Shown here in pieces: positions 59,478 to 64,000 of a stretch of 64,000 bases of DNA. Numbering within the stretch: the first letter of the stretch is position 1; every line of letters starts with the position of its first letter. Source of the stretch: Bacillota bacterium (lineage in GTDB: Bacteria; Bacillota_I; Bacilli_A; RF39; UBA660); the NCBI GenBank assembly GCA_015059285.1, contig SVAS01000001.1:327291-391290 (forward strand), read 5' to 3'. A program made the translations under genes and the position numbers. The notes under the pieces are model-generated. The model had not been told where the DNA came from, searched no databases, and was given only the letters and a program-made list of their open reading frames with translations.

Positions 59478-59812
59478 TATTTAATCTTCTCCTTTAACAT
59501 AGAAACTTCTTGAATTAATAATCTGATTTTTTCATTTTGACCTGAGACAATTACTGTTAAAACAATAGTTATAAACATAAGCATCGCTATTAAACCTGCA
59601 AAAATCATATTAGAACCAATATCAAATCCTAGTAGATGTGTTAACCAATTAAAAAGATTAGGAAACGCTAAGAAAAGAAGTAAAACAAATGAGGCAAATA
59701 ACCATACAAGTGAATATTTAATAGCCATTCTACCTTTTCTTAAAATGTAAAATATACAAAATAATATAATAAGTATAAAAATTAAAGAAACAATGATTAA
59801 ATTTAAATTCAT
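59477..59812 (-). CDS. DUF2304-like small membrane protein associated with polyprenyl-phosphate glycosyltransferase
   Basis: 111 aa with 3-4 TM segments, translationally coupled between the GT2 and GT4 genes. Confidence 0.5.
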   Translation of the reverse strand: MNLNLIIVSLIFILIILFCIFYILRKGRMAIKYSLVWLFASFVLLLFLAFPNLFNWLTHLLGFDIGSNMIFAGLIAMLMFITIVLTVIVSGQNEKIRLLIQEVSMLKEKIK

Positions 59813-60510
59813 TATTTATACCTCCTAATACTTACAACAAATATTGATAATATAACATTTATCATATAATAAGCGTTTTTCCAAGCTCTAATTGAAGACA
59901 CTCCGCCTTCTCTATCTTTCATTTTTACAGGAATTTCTTCAACTTGATATCCTTTTTTTAACAGTTCTGTAGTTGAAACAGGCTCTGGATATTCAGTAGG
60001 ATAATAACGAGCAAATTCTTTAATTATTTTTTTGTTCATTGCTCTAAATCCGCTAGTAGTGTCATAGATTTTAACACCTGTAAATAATTTTATAAAAAAT
60101 GAAATAACTTTAATACCAAATCTTCTCATACCAGTAGATTTGAATTCACTTAGATCACTTACAAATCTAGATCCAATTACAAAATCAGCTTGTCCTTCTA
60201 AAATAGGTTTAATAATATCTTCTACATATTTAACTTCATGTTGACCATCACCATCAAATTGAACAGCAATATCATAACCATTTTCATAAGCATATTTATA
60301 TCCTGTTTGAACAGCCCCACCTATTCCTAAATTGTGTACTAAATTAATACATGGTAGTTTATTTTCACGACAAATTTCGCCAGTTTTATCTTTGGAACCA
60401 TCATTAATAACAATAAAATCAAACTTTTTTGAATATTTTTTAATGTCAGTACAAGTTTTTAAAATATTAGCTTCTTCATTATAAGCTGGTATAATCAATA
60501 ATACTTTCAT
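59812..60510 (-). CDS. Glycosyltransferase family 2, polyprenyl-phosphate sugar synthase type (GtrB/CsbB/DPM1-like)
   Basis: MKVLLIIPAYNEEANI...DFIVINDGSKDKT and DGDGQH motifs typical of GT2 polyprenol-P glycosyltransferases. Confidence 0.75.
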   Translation of the reverse strand: MKVLLIIPAYNEEANILKTCTDIKKYSKKFDFIVINDGSKDKTGEICRENKLPCINLVHNLGIGGAVQTGYKYAYENGYDIAVQFDGDGQHEVKYVEDIIKPILEGQADFVIGSRFVSDLSEFKSTGMRRFGIKVISFFIKLFTGVKIYDTTSGFRAMNKKIIKEFARYYPTEYPEPVSTTELLKKGYQVEEIPVKMKDREGGVSSIRAWKNAYYMINVILSIFVVSIRRYK

Positions 60511-60621
60511 AATTACTCCTCTTTCAAATTAATACCTTTCAATTAATATCACTATATTAATTATACATTATTTTTTATAATATATAAAGTAAATATTAGT
60601 TTTAAAGACAAAAAAAAGAGC

Positions 60622-62034
60622 TTATGCTCTTTTAAATTTACATTTTTTAAATAGATTTTTTAAATATGTAAGAACTTCTTTATAATTTAATACTATTAGT
60701 AGTCCTACAAACCCTAAAGTTAAATAATTAATGTAAACATATCTTAAATCTTGGGCTAAATTAATTGGGAGTAATGATGTTATGTTTGCAAGCATTGGAG
60801 TTAAAATAACCCATAATTTTTTATTTTTCAAGCTTTTTACTAATATAAATGTAAGTATTATACTAATATACATAATAGTAGCTGGTTGATACATAATAAC
60901 TCTAATTGGTCTTTTCATAGTAATTGTTATAACCTTTTCATAAGCTTTATTTAAAAATGGAAATAAACTAGTATCTCTTACATCAAAACCATAATCAGGG
61001 CCCCATAATTTAAAATCGTATTGATATACATATCCAACTGGTATAGGGCTCCATAACAAAGCATCTGCTTTCATATAGTGTTCTACAACTGTTAATGGAT
61101 GTTTTAATGAGTATTTTATAAATATGTTTCTAAATTCATCTAAATTATCTAGCACATACTGGTTATCTCTAGTTGATGCTAAATTAGTTGCATTTATTAA
61201 AAATGGTGAATAAACTTTTTTCCATTCTTTTATATCAATAAATTCGTTTAAAAATTCTAAATCTTCATCTGTAATATAATTTTTATTTATATGAGCTCCC
61301 ATAATCCAAGCAGCATAAGAATCAATAGTACCTAAACTTGGCTTATCATCTTCAACATTCAAATTACTTAAGTAATGATTTTTAGGAATAGATATAACCG
61401 TAAAAGAAATTATAAAAGTAATTGGTATAATTATACTTCTTTTTAAATTATCTTTGTTTTTTCCTTTAATCATTAGAATCATTAATAATATAAAGAGTAA
61501 AGGCGCAACTATCATACCATTATGTCTATAACTAAAAATCAAAAATAGTAATAAGCCTATAAATACATACTCTTTTTTATTATAATTGTAATCTTTCTTA
61601 CTTCCTATATACAAAAAGTAAACAATTGCTAGTAAAAAATATGAATATAAAACATCTTTCCAAGCAGTAATTGAATATATAGAAATAATTGGTACCAAAC
61701 ATAAAATAACGCTATATATAATAATTAATTTAATATTTTTCTTTTCTTTTAATAATTCGCTACAAATGTTACCCCAAATAAGAGAAAAAATAATGATTTG
61801 AAAAATAAATAATATTGTATTTGAATTCCAAATTTTAGATAAAATTAATAATACAAAAGTTGATAGAAATGGATGAGCATTTGAAATATTATTAGTAGCC
61901 ACTTGATTCCATTGATTATTACCATCATAAGTGTATATTCCTGGCCAAAAAACAAGTAAAGTACCAATTAATATAATAAACGGAATTAAATATAATAAAG
62001 TTTTTTGAATTTTATTATTTTTTAGTATTTTCAC
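60622..62034 (-). CDS. Large polytopic membrane protein, putative GT-C-type glycosyltransferase or polymerase partner of the GT2/DUF2304 pair
   Basis: 470 aa with more than 10 TM segments. The GT2 - small membrane protein - large membrane protein order matches three-component glycosylation systems. Confidence 0.45.
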   Translation of the reverse strand: MKILKNNKIQKTLLYLIPFIILIGTLLVFWPGIYTYDGNNQWNQVATNNISNAHPFLSTFVLLILSKIWNSNTILFIFQIIIFSLIWGNICSELLKEKKNIKLIIIYSVILCLVPIISIYSITAWKDVLYSYFLLAIVYFLYIGSKKDYNYNKKEYVFIGLLLFLIFSYRHNGMIVAPLLFILLMILMIKGKNKDNLKRSIIIPITFIISFTVISIPKNHYLSNLNVEDDKPSLGTIDSYAAWIMGAHINKNYITDEDLEFLNEFIDIKEWKKVYSPFLINATNLASTRDNQYVLDNLDEFRNIFIKYSLKHPLTVVEHYMKADALLWSPIPVGYVYQYDFKLWGPDYGFDVRDTSLFPFLNKAYEKVITITMKRPIRVIMYQPATIMYISIILTFILVKSLKNKKLWVILTPMLANITSLLPINLAQDLRYVYINYLTLGFVGLLIVLNYKEVLTYLKNLFKKCKFKRA

Positions 62035-62779
62035 TCTTATCTCCAGTTAATCTTTTTTTAATTCTTCTATATTTATCTAAAACAATCCAAGCAGGTTTAA
62101 CAGCCCATCCCATTTTATGACGTCTAAGCCAAACGGCTGTTCTTTCACCAATATCTGTCCAACTAGCACTAAATAAATGTATAGTGTGAGTGTTTTCTGT
62201 AAATACATTGTTTTTCATATCATAACTTAAAGGATAAAAATATTCACGAGGATAAATTGTTATATCACCATTTAAAACTTGTATTTCATTACATCCTTTT
62301 TTAAATCCATATTCCTTAAATACTTTTTCTAATTGTCTAGGAATAGCTATATCAAATAAATTACCAGTTTCATTAAATTTGCTGTTTTGATAAATTTCTA
62401 ATAATTTTTTCATATATTTATTTTTTTTATTTTTACAAATAACTATAGCAGCATTTGCATCTCCTGAATCTTCAAGTCCTACAACAAACTCTTTATCAAA
62501 GAATTCATCCATATTCTTAATAACTTCCATATCAGTATCAAAATATATACCACCATATTCATATAAAGCCTTACTACGCACATAATCAGCTACATAAGCC
62601 CATTTTTTTTGAGCATAAGCTTCTTTTATAAATTCACATTCTTCTAAGTCAACGTTTTCTTCTGACCATTTCATAATTTTATAATCAGGTAGATATTTTT
62701 CCCAACTTTTCAAACATTTCTTTTCTAATTTTCCCAACGGTCTTGGTCCAAACCAACAATAATGTATAATTTTAGTCAT
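62015..62779 (-). CDS. Glycosyltransferase family 32-like (paralog of the 56368-57132 gene)
   Basis: MTKIIHYCWFGPRP....W.KYLPDYKI..W and YFDTD (DxD) motif. Confidence 0.65.
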   Translation of the reverse strand: MTKIIHYCWFGPRPLGKLEKKCLKSWEKYLPDYKIMKWSEENVDLEECEFIKEAYAQKKWAYVADYVRSKALYEYGGIYFDTDMEVIKNMDEFFDKEFVVGLEDSGDANAAIVICKNKKNKYMKKLLEIYQNSKFNETGNLFDIAIPRQLEKVFKEYGFKKGCNEIQVLNGDITIYPREYFYPLSYDMKNNVFTENTHTIHLFSASWTDIGERTAVWLRRHKMGWAVKPAWIVLDKYRRIKKRLTGDKSENTKK

Positions 62780-62782
62780 AAA

Positions 62783-63721
62783 TTACTCCTTTACAAATTT
62801 TTCTATTAATTTTTTAACTTCTTTATCATAGTTTTCTTTTTCTTTAATATAAATATTATTTATTTGCTCAATATTTTCTAAACAATACTTCATTTTTAGA
62901 GCTATTTCATTAATATCGTCATCACTACTCACTATAACCATTTTTTCAAGTTCAGTACCCTTAAAAAATAAATTATTATTACCAAGTACTACCGGAATTC
63001 CATGATTATAAGTATCAATAACCAGTAGATCATATAAATTTGAAAACTCTACACAAGATGCTATATCAAAGTGATTATAAGATAATCTAATATTTGTGAC
63101 ATTTGTCTTTTTCTTAAAATTAATATATTTTATTTCAAAAGAATTACAAAATCTTCTTGCTATATTTTTAACATCCAATAGAAATGCTTTATAATTATCC
63201 ATTAGTTTAATTGCGGATAATTGATTAAAAATATTACTTTGCCAGTTATAAGCATCACCATACACGCAAATATTATTTGTTTTTTCTTTTACTATTTTTT
63301 CTTTATTTTTTACGGTCAATTTTATATGCATAACATTTTTCAAATCTTTATATGTTTCATACATACTAACATCTGTAAAAGCAAGGCATTTGATTTGTTT
63401 AAACTTTAGTAAATCTAAAATAGTTAATAAATTACCTAGATCAATTTCTTCTATTAAAGTAGCAAGCCCACCTGTCCAAACAACTTTAACAGTAATGTTT
63501 TTATTATTTAATTCTTTTACAAAATATTTAATACCTATAAAATAATCTTCTATAATAACTTGGCATATATTTTCTTTGACAACTTTATTAATGATTTTTT
63601 TTAAAGTAGATTTAAATGGTGCGGAACTAATGAAGATGGTATTAACAAAGTTATCTTGTATATATTCTTTTATATTTTTTCTAGAAGAAATATAAATGGT
63701 TTTATTTTCCATCTTTATCAC
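62783..63721 (-). CDS. Hypothetical protein in the glycan cluster
   Basis: 312-aa ORF, no clear family; overlaps the neighbouring genes by a few nt (operon-like). Confidence 0.4.
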   Translation of the reverse strand: MIKMENKTIYISSRKNIKEYIQDNFVNTIFISSAPFKSTLKKIINKVVKENICQVIIEDYFIGIKYFVKELNNKNITVKVVWTGGLATLIEEIDLGNLLTILDLLKFKQIKCLAFTDVSMYETYKDLKNVMHIKLTVKNKEKIVKEKTNNICVYGDAYNWQSNIFNQLSAIKLMDNYKAFLLDVKNIARRFCNSFEIKYINFKKKTNVTNIRLSYNHFDIASCVEFSNLYDLLVIDTYNHGIPVVLGNNNLFFKGTELEKMVIVSSDDDINEIALKMKYCLENIEQINNIYIKEKENYDKEVKKLIEKFVKE

Positions 63722-64000
63722 CTCCTATAAAAATTTCAACTTGTTTTTTAGTTGATAAATCATTATCTTTTTTCCATTTTTCATAAAGTTCTAGAATTTC
63801 TTGTTTATTTTTTATACAACCTTCAATTTTTTCTTTTATTTCAATTACATCCGTTTCATTACTAATAACTAAATATTTTTCAAGAGGTGTATTTTTAAAA
63901 TAGTGATGATTATTACCTGATAAACAAGGAACACCTACTTCCAAACTTTCAAGTGGTACCATTGGTGCACATTCAGAAAAAGTAACATATAAATTCACAT
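63702..64000 (-). CDS. Glycosyltransferase family 1/4, C-terminal portion only; gene continues beyond the window end
   Basis: ..YVTFSECAPMVPLESLEVGVPCL.. matches the GT-B C-terminal nucleotide-sugar-binding motif. The ORF runs to the window edge. Confidence 0.5.
   Translation of the reverse strand, partial: VNLYVTFSECAPMVPLESLEVGVPCLSGNNHHYFKNTPLEKYLVISNETDVIEIKEKIEGCIKNKQEILELYEKWKKDNDLSTKKQVEIFIGGDKDGK

Noticed and set aside
17587-63409. Remaining antisense small ORFs (17587-17799, 21851-22042, 25252-25440, 29684-29875, 30546-30749, 33775-33969, 38192-38431, 38608-38796, 40293-40499, 40849-41061, 44033-44245, 45658-45876, 48961-49152, 49844-50059, 53394-53681, 54607-54819, 63221-63409)
   Set aside because: All lie within, and antisense to or out of frame with, well-supported genes (mutS, xseA, holA, corA, amidase, integrase, glyA, rubrerythrin and others). 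They have typical random-frame composition.
1-64000. CRISPR arrays, rRNA genes, transposase/IS elements
   Set aside because: None seen. No regularly spaced direct repeats, no rRNA-like GC-rich blocks and no DDE transposase-like translations in any frame of the ORF track.

Overview
This is a very AT-rich, low-GC chromosomal segment (roughly 25-30% GC by eye) from an endospore-forming Firmicute, Clostridia/Erysipelotrichia-like. Reasons: Gram-positive RBS usage, and sporulation genes sigG, spoIVB, a spoIIM-like gene, ylbJ and ylmC/ymxH.

The core genes read cleanly: sigG, mutS, nusB, xseA, xseB, mnmA, xerD, rarA, holA, corA, zupT-like, queH, folD, glyA, rubrerythrin, and wecB followed by a polysaccharide/glycosylation cluster running to the window end.

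Three accessory regions stand out:

1. A compact toxin island of about 11 kb at roughly 7380-18600, inserted between a flavinylation module and ylbJ. In order it carries:
- an ArpU/TcdR-like sigma-region-4 regulator with a perfect 12-bp palindromic operator;
- a strong hairpin plus a GC-richer leader;
- a phage tail-collar-domain protein;
- a 2039-aa RHS/YD-repeat polymorphic toxin with no signal peptide and an uncharacterised C-terminal toxin tip;
- a cognate immunity gene;
- a holin-associated gene, a phi-LC3-type holin and an M23/CW_7/LysM endolysin.
The island has no capsid, terminase or tail-tube genes. The architecture is PaLoc-like (regulator, leaderless large toxin, holin, endolysin). 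It suggests holin/endolysin-dependent (type 10 secretion-like) release of an RHS toxin, or a prophage tail-fiber/lysis remnant that has captured an RHS toxin.

2. An integrase-bearing element of about 6.4 kb at roughly 46048-52395, inserted into the anticodon loop of a tRNA-Met(CAT) gene. The two tRNA halves lie at the element ends, and an intact second tRNA-CAT sits just inside the right end. Gene order is int - candidate repressor | cro-like - xis-like - P4/D5-type primase NTPase - terS-like HTH protein, with no capsid genes. This is typical of a phage-inducible chromosomal island (PICI) / phage satellite.

3. An ApbE - NusG_II - Gx-transporter - FMN-binding-lipoprotein surface flavinylation module at 4993-7367.

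Also notable: a large orphan type IV pilin-like protein, two paralogous membrane-anchored XRE regulators, and several small peptide ORFs the ORF track missed. All calls come from reading translations and DNA motifs; no database searches were possible.
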